A stretch of DNA of 36,604 nucleotides from Patescibacteria group bacterium (GCA_042568575.1 JBHPIO010000012.1:1-36604), one strand, 5' to 3'; numbered from the stretch's first letter, positions 10,426 to 18,979 are shown. Numbers and translations: made by a program. Notes: generated by a model not told the origin, from the sequence alone.

Positions 10426-13068
10426 ATGGACAATCCACTCAACATTAAGCCACCGCAGGACGATGCGGTAGTAAAACCTTCTAAAAAAACAAAACGAAGG
10501 CGAAAAGGTTTAGGTTTACCCGCAATATTATCAATATTCGGGGGAATCCTAATAGTAGGTGCCGTTGTTGGTACTCTCATCTATTCTCAAAGTCCTGACA
10601 GACTTACAGGGAGCCTTATGAGAGCACCCGTAACGTTTGATCAACAAGTAGGCTCTGATTTAAAGTCAGTTGATGCCACTCGTAGTGCAGGTACTTTTAC
10701 AACTTTTGATTCAAGTGTTGCTACTACTACATGCCCAGAAGGACTTGATCTAACTTCGACTACAGATCCAACTACTGGTGCGGCACTTAATTTATGTATT
10801 TGTCCAGATATGTACTACCCGGTTATTACTGCTGGAGCGACAGGTGCGCAAAGTCTTACAACAGGATTTAGTGGTACAGCAACATCAATCAAATGCGAAC
10901 CATTTGTTTGTGGTATGACACAAGAAGAGGTCGCAAAAGCTGGCGAAGATTATGGAACCTTGTTAACTTTGCAAGGAGTGTCGGAATCATTAGTTTCAAC
11001 TTTAAAAACAAAATTAGTTAGTGCATATGAAACGTGGGAAGATAAAAATCCGGCGTGTCAGCCAGCTAAACCGTGTCCAGATATGGAATTTTTCTTAGAC
11101 AGAACAAACCAGTGTTATTCACTGTGTGATCTTCCAGAACAATACTATAATTCGGTTTCTGTTTTGCAGAATGCATACAATTCAGATAGAACAGATCCAG
11201 ATGTGAAAGACGAATTAAAACAAATAATTGATAGTGCTAGTAGCGGAGTTAGCTATAGCACATGGTATGCAAATACTTGTGAAGAAAAAACTATTGAGAA
11301 GAGACCTACAAAAACATGTGACGATGTGATGAAAGAACTACAGGAAGCATATGCGAAGAAAGATAAAGATGCCTATGCTGCTGCGCTTGCGACATTAATA
11401 GAAAATAATTGTATTACAGAATGTGATGAGAATTTCTTTATGGCAATTTACAGTATTGTAAATCCAGCATTCTTAAGCAATTCAGCAAGCTCTCTTTCGT
11501 TTGCGACAGCAAATTCAAGTCCAGCCGAAAACTATATAATTAAATATCTTGAAGGAAGTTGTACAGATTGTGATAAAACTTACGGTCTTATTACTTTGTA
11601 TGCCCTTGAGCTAAGTACTCAGGATAATGCAGATCTTTCACTATTAGAAAAATTGCTTCAAGTATTCTTAAAGAATTGTCAGTGTGTTGAACTTGAAACT
11701 CTACTCGATTCACCAAGTTTTGATGCAAATGATTACTTTAATGTGACTGCAGTTCCAGGAAATACAGCAATTAAAGCAGGAACTCTTGAACTTACAGATA
11801 GTTTCAAATCTGCAGCTTCATCATCACAGCTAAACAGCGCTTCAAGTTTCAGTACTCTTGAGAAGAGCACATCAAATACAACAAATACTGCTATAGATAT
11901 AACTAAGAAAGCGACTGATACTTCGGACGCAGTAATTAATCTGGTAGAAAAAGATACCAGTAGCACATTTACCACAAGATACATAAACTCACTTCTATTT
12001 GAGGAAGCTTATGCTCAAACAAGAATCAACAGTAACGTTTCAACGGGCCTTTCAGAAGACGTAAGGGCATTAATAGAAAGCATGTATGACGATTCTGAGT
12101 GTGGTGAAGAAGAAAAGGTCCCTGAATGTAAAGATTTAGATATCGTTTCTCCTACTACTAATTCAGCAATGACTGTGACTGGGGATTTTGATCCAGATGA
12201 CGATATTTTAGAGATTCAAGTAAGTGGTGCAGATGCAGTTCAAGAATATAAATATTCGACATCTGACAACGATCTTGAGCTTGTTGATATGTCTGATGAC
12301 TTGAAAAAAGGACTAAAGGGTGGGCCTGCTCCAGGTCAATCTATTGCTATCGATGTTGTTGCCATAGATGCAGCTGGTAATGAATTGAAACAATGTACAG
12401 ACCGACTTACAGTAAGCAGAGATAAACCAAAAGATGATGGAGGACCAACACCTAAAGTTTGTAAATCATTAAAGATTACAAAACCAGTTGATGCTCAAGA
12501 CGGAAGTGTTACCCTTGATGCAGCTGGATACGATGATGAGACATTACTAATCGAAGTTGTTGATGAAGGAGAAGTTGTTGATTACAGATTCACTTCAGTT
12601 AACGATAACGATAAAATTACTTTCAACGGTGAACAGACTTTAGATACAACAAATACAGCTATTAAACTCTCAGCTGATTTGGATGCGGGAGATGAATACA
12701 TTGTAACTGTGTGGGCACGCGGAGAAGATGATGCCGGAAATCTAGTTGGACTAGGGGACTGTCATGATTCGTTTACTATCAAACGACCTTCAACGCCAAC
12801 AGATACACCTGATGATCCACCAGAAGATCCTCCTACTACAACTACAATCAGTCAGGGTGATCCGGAACCAGAAACAGAAGAGCTAGAAATTCCTGAGGTT
12901 GAAGTAACTCAACCCACTTCTGCTCCTGAACCAACAACAGAGCCAGTTCAAGTTGAAGAACTGCACGCAGCAGCACCAATGGTTCCAAAAAGTGGACCAG
13001 CTGCTCTAATCTATCTTGTTGGAGCTGGACTTGGAGGTGTATTAGTTACACGTCGAAGAAAAAAATAA
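10426..13068 (+). CDS. Cys-rich surface protein with N-terminal TM and C-terminal LPXTG-like sorting signal
   Basis: KRRRK + TM at the N-terminus, about 22 Cys, a Pro/Glu/Thr stalk, and the C-terminus VPKSGP-AALIYLVGAGLGGVLV-TRRRKK. Confidence 0.8.
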   Translation: MDNPLNIKPPQDDAVVKPSKKTKRRRKGLGLPAILSIFGGILIVGAVVGTLIYSQSPDRLTGSLMRAPVTFDQQVGSDLKSVDATRSAGTFTTFDSSVATTTCPEGLDLTSTTDPTTGAALNLCICPDMYYPVITAGATGAQSLTTGFSGTATSIKCEPFVCGMTQEEVAKAGEDYGTLLTLQGVSESLVSTLKTKLVSAYETWEDKNPACQPAKPCPDMEFFLDRTNQCYSLCDLPEQYYNSVSVLQNAYNSDRTDPDVKDELKQIIDSASSGVSYSTWYANTCEEKTIEKRPTKTCDDVMKELQEAYAKKDKDAYAAALATLIENNCITECDENFFMAIYSIVNPAFLSNSASSLSFATANSSPAENYIIKYLEGSCTDCDKTYGLITLYALELSTQDNADLSLLEKLLQVFLKNCQCVELETLLDSPSFDANDYFNVTAVPGNTAIKAGTLELTDSFKSAASSSQLNSASSFSTLEKSTSNTTNTAIDITKKATDTSDAVINLVEKDTSSTFTTRYINSLLFEEAYAQTRINSNVSTGLSEDVRALIESMYDDSECGEEEKVPECKDLDIVSPTTNSAMTVTGDFDPDDDILEIQVSGADAVQEYKYSTSDNDLELVDMSDDLKKGLKGGPAPGQSIAIDVVAIDAAGNELKQCTDRLTVSRDKPKDDGGPTPKVCKSLKITKPVDAQDGSVTLDAAGYDDETLLIEVVDEGEVVDYRFTSVNDNDKITFNGEQTLDTTNTAIKLSADLDAGDEYIVTVWARGEDDAGNLVGLGDCHDSFTIKRPSTPTDTPDDPPEDPPTTTTISQGDPEPETEELEIPEVEVTQPTSAPEPTTEPVQVEELHAAAPMVPKSGPAALIYLVGAGLGGVLVTRRRKK

Positions 13069-13069
13069 T

Positions 13070-13924
13070 CTAGGAAAACCGTTTCCATAATTTATCAGGA
13101 AGTTGGACTATATGCTTTTGCAGTCCAACTTCTTTTGGTGTAAATCCAAGAGCAAGGCAGAGCAATTGGCTCATATGCAAAACAGGCATCTTGAACTTCT
13201 TTTGATACAAGTCCATTTGAGTGTGGCAGAACGGGCAGTTTGTAACAATAAGGTCAGCATTTGACTCTTTAGTGTTACTTAGATATTTTCCACTCATCTT
13301 AGCGGCATCTTTCTTATGAGTAAGAGTGACGTGAAAGCCACAGCAATCAAGTTTTCCATCAACATCAACAGGGATTGCACCAAGTGCTTTAACAAAACTC
13401 TCAAAATTATCAGGATTTTCAGATTCCTGGTGTTGTCCTACAATTTTTGAAGGTCTAAGAATATGGCAGCCATAATACGTGGCCACTTTTAGGCCTGTTA
13501 GTGGGACTTTTACATGTTTCTTGATCTTTTCTAGACCGTAATCTTGAGTAAGCACCCAAAGCCAGTGCTTAATATCCAATTTGGCCTCGCACTTCATGTG
13601 AAAACGCTTAAGATATTGATTCGATTCTTCAAGCTTCTCTTTGTTTTCTTTTAATTCAATTAAATCCTTTCGAAGATTAACAACGCAAGTACTGCAAATA
13701 GTCATTATATCGAGATTTTGCTTTTCACTTAGAGCGAAATTCCGCGCATTTAGAGCAGTATTAAAGTCTTTGTTGGCCTCACGGACAACTCCAGCACCGC
13801 AACAGCTGAACTCCGGGATATCAACCAATTTTATGCCCAGCTTATCGCATGCAAGTCTCGTAGCTTTATCGTATTCGCTTGTAAGTTGTTTGGAAGCGCA
13901 GCCGGGAAAGTAAGCGTATTTCAT
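13070..13924 (-). CDS. CCG-domain (HdrB-like) subunit of an E-type succinate dehydrogenase/fumarate reductase (SdhE-type anchor)
   Basis: YFPGC, SCCGAG, CSTC, YYGC, DCCG and CPFC form two CCG domains. ATGA overlap with the upstream Fe-S subunit. Confidence 0.85.
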   Translation of the reverse strand: MKYAYFPGCASKQLTSEYDKATRLACDKLGIKLVDIPEFSCCGAGVVREANKDFNTALNARNFALSEKQNLDIMTICSTCVVNLRKDLIELKENKEKLEESNQYLKRFHMKCEAKLDIKHWLWVLTQDYGLEKIKKHVKVPLTGLKVATYYGCHILRPSKIVGQHQESENPDNFESFVKALGAIPVDVDGKLDCCGFHVTLTHKKDAAKMSGKYLSNTKESNADLIVTNCPFCHTQMDLYQKKFKMPVLHMSQLLCLALGFTPKEVGLQKHIVQLPDKLWKRFS

Positions 13925-14922
13925 AGATTGTTGAGGTTATCTCTTTCCTTATTTCTCTTTTTTTGTTTTTCATTTTGAGTTCTTTTAACATCTCTTCCAA
14001 GTTCAGCGATCTCTCCATGGTTCTTGATTTTTTTCATGAAGAAAGGAGGCAACTTTCCTTTGAAGAATAATTTGATTGCGGTGGGCAGTTCTTTCATCAC
14101 CCTAATAAATCCAAAAGTACCTACAGGCAGCCATGCTTCAGATAATTCTCCATACTTTTTAACTGATTTCTCAAATGTTCGTGTATGACGCGCCCCATCA
14201 TTATGAATCAGCCCTTCTTTAATGCTTTCTTCGCGAAGCTCAGAAATAACTTCTTGTGGTTCAATATTCATAGGGCAGTTTTCTGTTGAACGTTCACAAT
14301 GAGCACATGCCCAAATTTGCTTATCCACAAGTTTTTTAAGCCGCTCTTTCTTTTTGCCGTCGCGAACATCAAAAATATATCTGTGGGAAAGAACAGACGC
14401 AGCCGGTCCCAAATATTTTCTGTTTGCTTCTCGTGAAGGACAGTCAGAAAAACATGCCGCACACCATATACATTCGCTCGATTTCTCTATTTTATCAGCA
14501 TCTTCTGGAGTAATTCGATTCTCAGCCACGAGTTTTCCTGAATTTTTCTTTGCTTCAATCCACGGATTTGTACCCTTCATTTCATCGTAAAATGTCTCCA
14601 TATCCACAACAAGATCTTTAAGCACGGGCAAATTTCCAAGTGGCTCTATCTTGATTTCTCCAAATTTTAGAACTTCATCGTGCACAGATGCTTTACATGC
14701 AAGCTTTGCTCTGCTGTTTATACGAATTGCACACGAACCACAAATCCCGGCTTTACAAGATTGGCGGAAAGACAAAGTCGCATCGACGTTGTTCCGAATC
14801 GACAATAATGATTCAAGTACCGTTTCCCATGGTTGCACAACAAGTTCATACTCTTCAACGTATGATTCCTTGTCTTTTTTAGGATTAAACCTGCTAATTT
14901 TAAATCTAATCTTTTGGCTCAA
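13921..14922 (-). CDS. sdhB: Succinate dehydrogenase/fumarate reductase iron-sulfur subunit with C-terminal extension
   Basis: SCKAGICGSC..LAC [2Fe-2S] motif, DLVVD, CIWCAACFSDCP, third motif CAHCERSTENCP. TTG start overlaps the end of sdhA. Confidence 0.9.
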   Translation of the reverse strand: MSQKIRFKISRFNPKKDKESYVEEYELVVQPWETVLESLLSIRNNVDATLSFRQSCKAGICGSCAIRINSRAKLACKASVHDEVLKFGEIKIEPLGNLPVLKDLVVDMETFYDEMKGTNPWIEAKKNSGKLVAENRITPEDADKIEKSSECIWCAACFSDCPSREANRKYLGPAASVLSHRYIFDVRDGKKKERLKKLVDKQIWACAHCERSTENCPMNIEPQEVISELREESIKEGLIHNDGARHTRTFEKSVKKYGELSEAWLPVGTFGFIRVMKELPTAIKLFFKGKLPPFFMKKIKNHGEIAELGRDVKRTQNEKQKKRNKERDNLNNL

Positions 14923-16606
14923 TTGGTAGGGGATAACTGGTTATTGTAACGTCTTTGTATGTAACTTTTGGATCATCGTCGCCTTGATAATGTGTAAGGG
15001 AATGCTTATGAAACTTCTTATTATCTTTAAGTGGGAAATCTTTGCGTGCATGAGCCCCTCTGCTTTCTTTTCTTTTTTCAGCGCTCACAAAAAACGCACG
15101 TGAAATATCTAAGAGATTGCGAAGCTCAAGCGCTTCATAAAGCGCATAATTGTAGCAATTCTCGGAGCTTCCAAGCGTAACATTTTCATATTCCTCTCGT
15201 AATTTATATAAACCTTCCAGCCCTTTTGTTAAAGAAGTGTGACTTCTAAATATCCCGGCATTCTCCTCAAGTGTTTTAGTTAGTTCATGTTTGATTTTTG
15301 AATAATGAGTCCCTTTTTCACGTTTCAATAGTGTTTCGATTTCTTTGCTAGTCTCTTTAACAGGACTTTTTTCGATTTTAGATTCTGATTCATTTTGTGC
15401 ATATAAAGATGCAACTTCTCCGGCTCTTTTTCCAAATACAACGGTTTCCATAAGAGAATTCCCGCCAAGCCTGTTAGCTCCATGAAGATTCATACATGAA
15501 CACTCGCCGGCAGCATATAGGCCTTTAACACTTGTTTCGCAATCTTTATTAATGTCGATTCCGCCCATTAGGTAATGTGCCGCGGGACGAACAGGGATAG
15601 CTTCTTTTGTACAATCAATATCGGCAAAATCTTTAACAAGTTTATAAACTTGAGGAAGTCGCTTCTTAATTCTTTCTGCTCCCAAATGGGTGAGATCAAG
15701 TAAAACGGCACCGTGCACACCATGTCCGGAATCTATTTCCTGCTGAATTGCCTGAGCAACAACATCTCTGGATGCAAGCTCCATCTTTTCTGGAGCATAT
15801 CGTTTCATAAAGCGTTCACCTTTATTATTTATAAGATAGCCGTTTTCGCCCCGTGCAGCTTCCGTAACAAGTATGCCTTTGTACGCAAGGCTTGTAGGAT
15901 GAAACTGAATGAATTCGATGTCTTTTAGAGGGACGCCAGCTCTATATGCGATTCCAACTCCATCACCGGTGCTGGAAGTAGCATTCACGGTGTCTTGGAA
16001 TAGGTTTCCAGCCCCTCCGGTAGCAATAACGACTGACTTAGCCTTAATCTCGATTACTTCCGCAGTATGCATATCTAAAGCCAAAATTCCCTTAACTTTG
16101 CCTTCTTCAACTATTAAAGAATGGAAATGCCATTCGCTATGAATCGGGATCTCGTGACGCATCACTTCGGTTAATAGAGTTGAAAGCAGTATGTGCCCAG
16201 TGTAATCACGAGCAAAACAGGTTCGTGGGAACATCCCTCCACCAAATGGACGCTGAGCAATTGTCCCATCTTCATTTCTGCTAAATACCATTCCCATGTG
16301 TTCAAGCTCAATAACACATTCCGGTGCTTGTTCACAAAAGTATTCAACAGCATCTTGATCGTTCAAAAATTCACCACCTTTAACTGTGTCTCGAAAATGA
16401 TGCTCGATAGTATCTTCTCCATCTTCAGGGTGATTGTTTAGGGCGGCGTTCATGCCTCCTTGAGCCATACAGGTCTGACTACGTAAAGGGAAAAGCTTAG
16501 AAACGACTGCGCACGAAACGTTTTTAGTCTTTGCAACTTCAAGTGCGGCACGTAATCCCGTAGCACCACCTCCAATTATCACGACATCGTACGAAAACGT
16601 GCTCAT
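14906..16606 (-). CDS. sdhA: Succinate dehydrogenase/fumarate reductase flavoprotein subunit
   Basis: GGGATG Rossmann motif, AQGG, QFHPT, TEAARGE, ELASRDVV, HYLMGG, HGANRLGGNSL, ESRGAHAR. The likely start is ATG at 16606 (MSTFSYDVVIIGGG), not 16669. Confidence 0.92.
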   Translation of the reverse strand: MSTFSYDVVIIGGGATGLRAALEVAKTKNVSCAVVSKLFPLRSQTCMAQGGMNAALNNHPEDGEDTIEHHFRDTVKGGEFLNDQDAVEYFCEQAPECVIELEHMGMVFSRNEDGTIAQRPFGGGMFPRTCFARDYTGHILLSTLLTEVMRHEIPIHSEWHFHSLIVEEGKVKGILALDMHTAEVIEIKAKSVVIATGGAGNLFQDTVNATSSTGDGVGIAYRAGVPLKDIEFIQFHPTSLAYKGILVTEAARGENGYLINNKGERFMKRYAPEKMELASRDVVAQAIQQEIDSGHGVHGAVLLDLTHLGAERIKKRLPQVYKLVKDFADIDCTKEAIPVRPAAHYLMGGIDINKDCETSVKGLYAAGECSCMNLHGANRLGGNSLMETVVFGKRAGEVASLYAQNESESKIEKSPVKETSKEIETLLKREKGTHYSKIKHELTKTLEENAGIFRSHTSLTKGLEGLYKLREEYENVTLGSSENCYNYALYEALELRNLLDISRAFFVSAEKRKESRGAHARKDFPLKDNKKFHKHSLTHYQGDDDPKVTYKDVTITSYPLPIEPKD

Positions 16607-16673
16607 AAAGTTCGAAACAGTTAATGCGGTTTGCCGTTTTATATTAATGAAAAACCATATATAAAACAAACTT

Positions 16674-16705
16674 AAAAGCCGCCCGACAACATATCAGGCG
16701 GCTTT
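16674..16705 (-). terminator. Rho-independent terminator of the SLH gene
   Basis: Inverted repeat AAAGCCGCC (16675-16683) / GGCGGCTTT (16697-16705), with a T-run on the minus strand, 16 nt after the stop at 16722. Confidence 0.7.
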
Positions 16706-16721
16706 CCCAATTTAAACTAAA

Positions 16722-18536
16722 TTATACAGCTTCAGGTGCTACATAATCAGCACAATCAGATTCTGCAAGGTCGTTGTAAATAGCAACATCTACAATCTTT
16801 GCAAACTCAGCACGTGTGATAGTAGATCCACCTTCAAAGTGTTTTTCACCTTCAACATCTCTACCTGAGAAGATTCCACATTGATACGCTTTTTCTGCTT
16901 CATTAGCATACCATTCATCACCAGTGATATCCGGGAATGAATATGTGTCATATTCTGGAACTTCGAATCCAAGAACACGTAATACTACAGCAGCAGATTC
17001 TCCACGTAGGATTGATAGATCAGGACCAAAAGTTCCATCAGGATATCCGTTGAAGTATCCAAGTTCTTGAGCAGCATCTACGTAAGGGCAGAACCAGTCA
17101 GCCATGTCTACATCAACAAAAACATCAAAGAAAGAATCACAATCAGGAGTAGCGTCTCCATTACCTAAAGTAACGATTTTAGAAGCTTCTCCTCTTTTGA
17201 TTTCATCATCAGGACGGAACATCCCAGTTTCAGAATCTCCAGATACGATGTCAGCATTGAATAGTTCATCAATGAAGTCTTCAGCCCAGTGACCAGCTGC
17301 ATCTTCAGGACCTTCAGATGGAGGTTCTTCTGCAGGAACAGGTTCTGGAACGAAAGGTGTCACTCCGTTTGCTTCGTCAAGAACTGCTTGCATTGCAGCA
17401 ATATCCTGATCAAGACATTCTCCCGCATCTTGAAGTGCTTGTAGTTCTGCAAGACATTCTTCAAGTTCAACAGCAAGAAGATCTATTTCTAAGTTTTTAT
17501 CTTCGATTAGATCTAATACGTCAAAATATTCAGTAAGAGCATCAAAATAGTCATTCAATAGAGTATCTAATTCAGCATTTAATGCTTCTTCAGAAGGTAA
17601 CTGCTCAGAACTATGAGTTTGCCAGTAGTCATCCAAATTTTGGATCATATCCTCAATTTGACCTTCGTTTGTGAAACACCATTCAACATTTCCAAAGTTG
17701 TGAGCGATTCCCCAAGCTTGACCGGAAGCAGGCTCGAAATCTTCACAGTCTGCACCGTGTTGACCTCCTGCATCTTCAACCATTTGTTCGAAGTCGGCTT
17801 TAAGTTGAGCCCAGTCCGCTAGTTGTTCGTAGATACCGTCGATTTCAGTTTCAAGATCTGTAAGTTCAGCATCAAGAATATCTGCTTCAAGTTCAAGAGC
17901 AGCAAGATCATCTAAAGCAGTATCAAGATCGTTAGCGATAGTTTCGCAGTCAGGACACTCTACAGCTGCAGGACAGTTTGTGTCTTCACATTCAAGAATC
18001 AATACAATAAGAGCATCAAGTAAATCAAGTAAGTCTTCAATGTCATCCGCATCAGTATCCGCATCAGTAATCAAGTCGAGAAGCACATTCATTACGTCTT
18101 CCCAGTCTGTAGTTGTCAGTGGATCAAGCGGTGAAAAGAATCCAAAGAAGTCATTGTACTGGGTTTCATCAGCGAAACAATATACTGATCCATCGTAATT
18201 AAAAGATGACCAGTAAGGGAGAACAGTTGCACTGTCTTCACAGGTTGTACCTGTAGAAACAAATGCTAGTCCTTCCATTGCAGTAACAGGATCAACTACT
18301 TCTAGTAGTCCTTCCATATTAGTTACTTGTGTCTCAACATCTGTAATGATGCTGCCAAGGTCGGCATATGCCGCATCATAATCGTCTTGATGTGTTTGAC
18401 AGTCAACACACGTCGTTGGATCTTCTTGTGCTGGCGATGCAGGTGTAGCAAAAACAGACGCTCCATTTGAGATAAGAAGCGTTGCTACCAAAATCACGCC
18501 AACAACAGGAGAAAGCAGTTTTGCTAGTTTTCTCAT
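16722..18536 (-). CDS. S-layer homology (SLH) domain protein with acidic, Cys-paired coiled-coil N-terminal region
   Basis: Signal peptide (ASVFA) and three SLH repeats (GHWAEDFI..FRPDDEIKRGE; WFCPYV..GYPDGTFGPDLSILRGE; FPDI..WY..TITRAE). Confidence 0.88.
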   Translation of the reverse strand: MRKLAKLLSPVVGVILVATLLISNGASVFATPASPAQEDPTTCVDCQTHQDDYDAAYADLGSIITDVETQVTNMEGLLEVVDPVTAMEGLAFVSTGTTCEDSATVLPYWSSFNYDGSVYCFADETQYNDFFGFFSPLDPLTTTDWEDVMNVLLDLITDADTDADDIEDLLDLLDALIVLILECEDTNCPAAVECPDCETIANDLDTALDDLAALELEADILDAELTDLETEIDGIYEQLADWAQLKADFEQMVEDAGGQHGADCEDFEPASGQAWGIAHNFGNVEWCFTNEGQIEDMIQNLDDYWQTHSSEQLPSEEALNAELDTLLNDYFDALTEYFDVLDLIEDKNLEIDLLAVELEECLAELQALQDAGECLDQDIAAMQAVLDEANGVTPFVPEPVPAEEPPSEGPEDAAGHWAEDFIDELFNADIVSGDSETGMFRPDDEIKRGEASKIVTLGNGDATPDCDSFFDVFVDVDMADWFCPYVDAAQELGYFNGYPDGTFGPDLSILRGESAAVVLRVLGFEVPEYDTYSFPDITGDEWYANEAEKAYQCGIFSGRDVEGEKHFEGGSTITRAEFAKIVDVAIYNDLAESDCADYVAPEAV

Positions 18537-18663
18537 GTTAATTGGTTAGGGTTTTTGAAGATATATAGGTATAAGATGTTTCGAAAAAAAACACCTAGAT
18601 AACTTTACGTTATTTCGAGTGTTAATGCAAGTTAAAGGTTTGTAAATTGCTAGTGCACTTTTA

Positions 18664-18692
18664 TTGACTTTGGGATACATTTTACTTAAAGT
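18664..18692 (+). promoter_or_regulatory. sigma70-type promoter of tRNA-Gln
   Basis: TTGACT (18664-18669), 17 nt spacer, TAAAGT (18687-18692), 12 nt before the tRNA. Confidence 0.6.
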
Positions 18693-18704
18693 GTCATTCA
18701 GTGA

Positions 18705-18779
18705 TGGGGCGTGGCCAAGTGGTAAGGCACCTGGTTTTGGTCCAGGCATTCGGGGGTTCGAGTCCCTCCGCCCCAGCCA
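18705..18779 (+). tRNA. tRNA-Gln(UUG), CCA encoded
   Basis: Acceptor stem TGGGGCG/CGCCCCA, D-arm GCCAAGTGGTAAGGC, anticodon stem CCTGG/CCAGG with TTG at 18737-18739, T-loop GGTTCGAGTCC, 3' GCCA. Confidence 0.97.
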
Positions 18780-18782
18780 TTC

Positions 18783-18882
18783 AGTTCCACTTGCTACGAG
18801 TGAGTCCTTTTTGAGGACTCATCGAGTAGGAAGAGAACTAATCTCGAGCTCGTAAGAGCGAGAGGCGAGCAAGCTTCTTCTA
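18783..18882. repeat. GC-rich nested palindromic (REP/MITE-like or terminator) element downstream of the tRNA
   Basis: Hairpin TGAGTCCT-TTTTG-AGGACTCA (18801-18821), hairpin GCTC-GTAA-GAGC (18848-18859), outer complementarity CTTGCT (18790-18795) / AGCAAG (18868-18873). Confidence 0.55.
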
Positions 18883-18890
18883 TTAATACA

Positions 18891-18920
18891 GCCTCCCAAC
18901 ACAAACAACAGAATTTCTTC
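18891..18920 (+). repeat. Left direct repeat of the oah-had cassette
   Basis: GCCTCCCAACACAAACAACAGAATTTCTTC, 26/30 identical to 21564-21593. Confidence 0.8.
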
Positions 18921-18929
18921 AATTTAAAT

Positions 18930-18979
18930 TTGCCAAATCTGTATTTTCTACTATAGAATTCTGATTGTGTTCTTTGACA
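18930..18979 (+). promoter_or_regulatory. Putative promoter plus boxA-like antitermination motif of oah-had
   Basis: TTGCCA (18930-18935), 18 nt spacer, TAGAAT (18954-18959). TGTTCTTTGACA (18968-18979) matches E. coli rrn boxA TGCTCTTTAACA at 10/12. Confidence 0.45.

Noticed and set aside
13070-13924. Methanogen-type heterodisulfide reductase
   Set aside because: No hdrA, hdrC or mvh genes; the operon context indicates the CCG subunit of an E-type Sdh/Frd.
14906-16606. L-aspartate oxidase (NadB) or APS reductase identity for the His-less flavoprotein
   Set aside because: It is coupled to SdhB and a CCG subunit and has Sdh/Frd-type motifs (QRPFGG, HGANRLGGNSL).
18546-18855. ORFs 18546..18749 (-) and 18664..18855 (+)
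   Set aside because: They are translations of the tRNA-Gln gene and its promoter.
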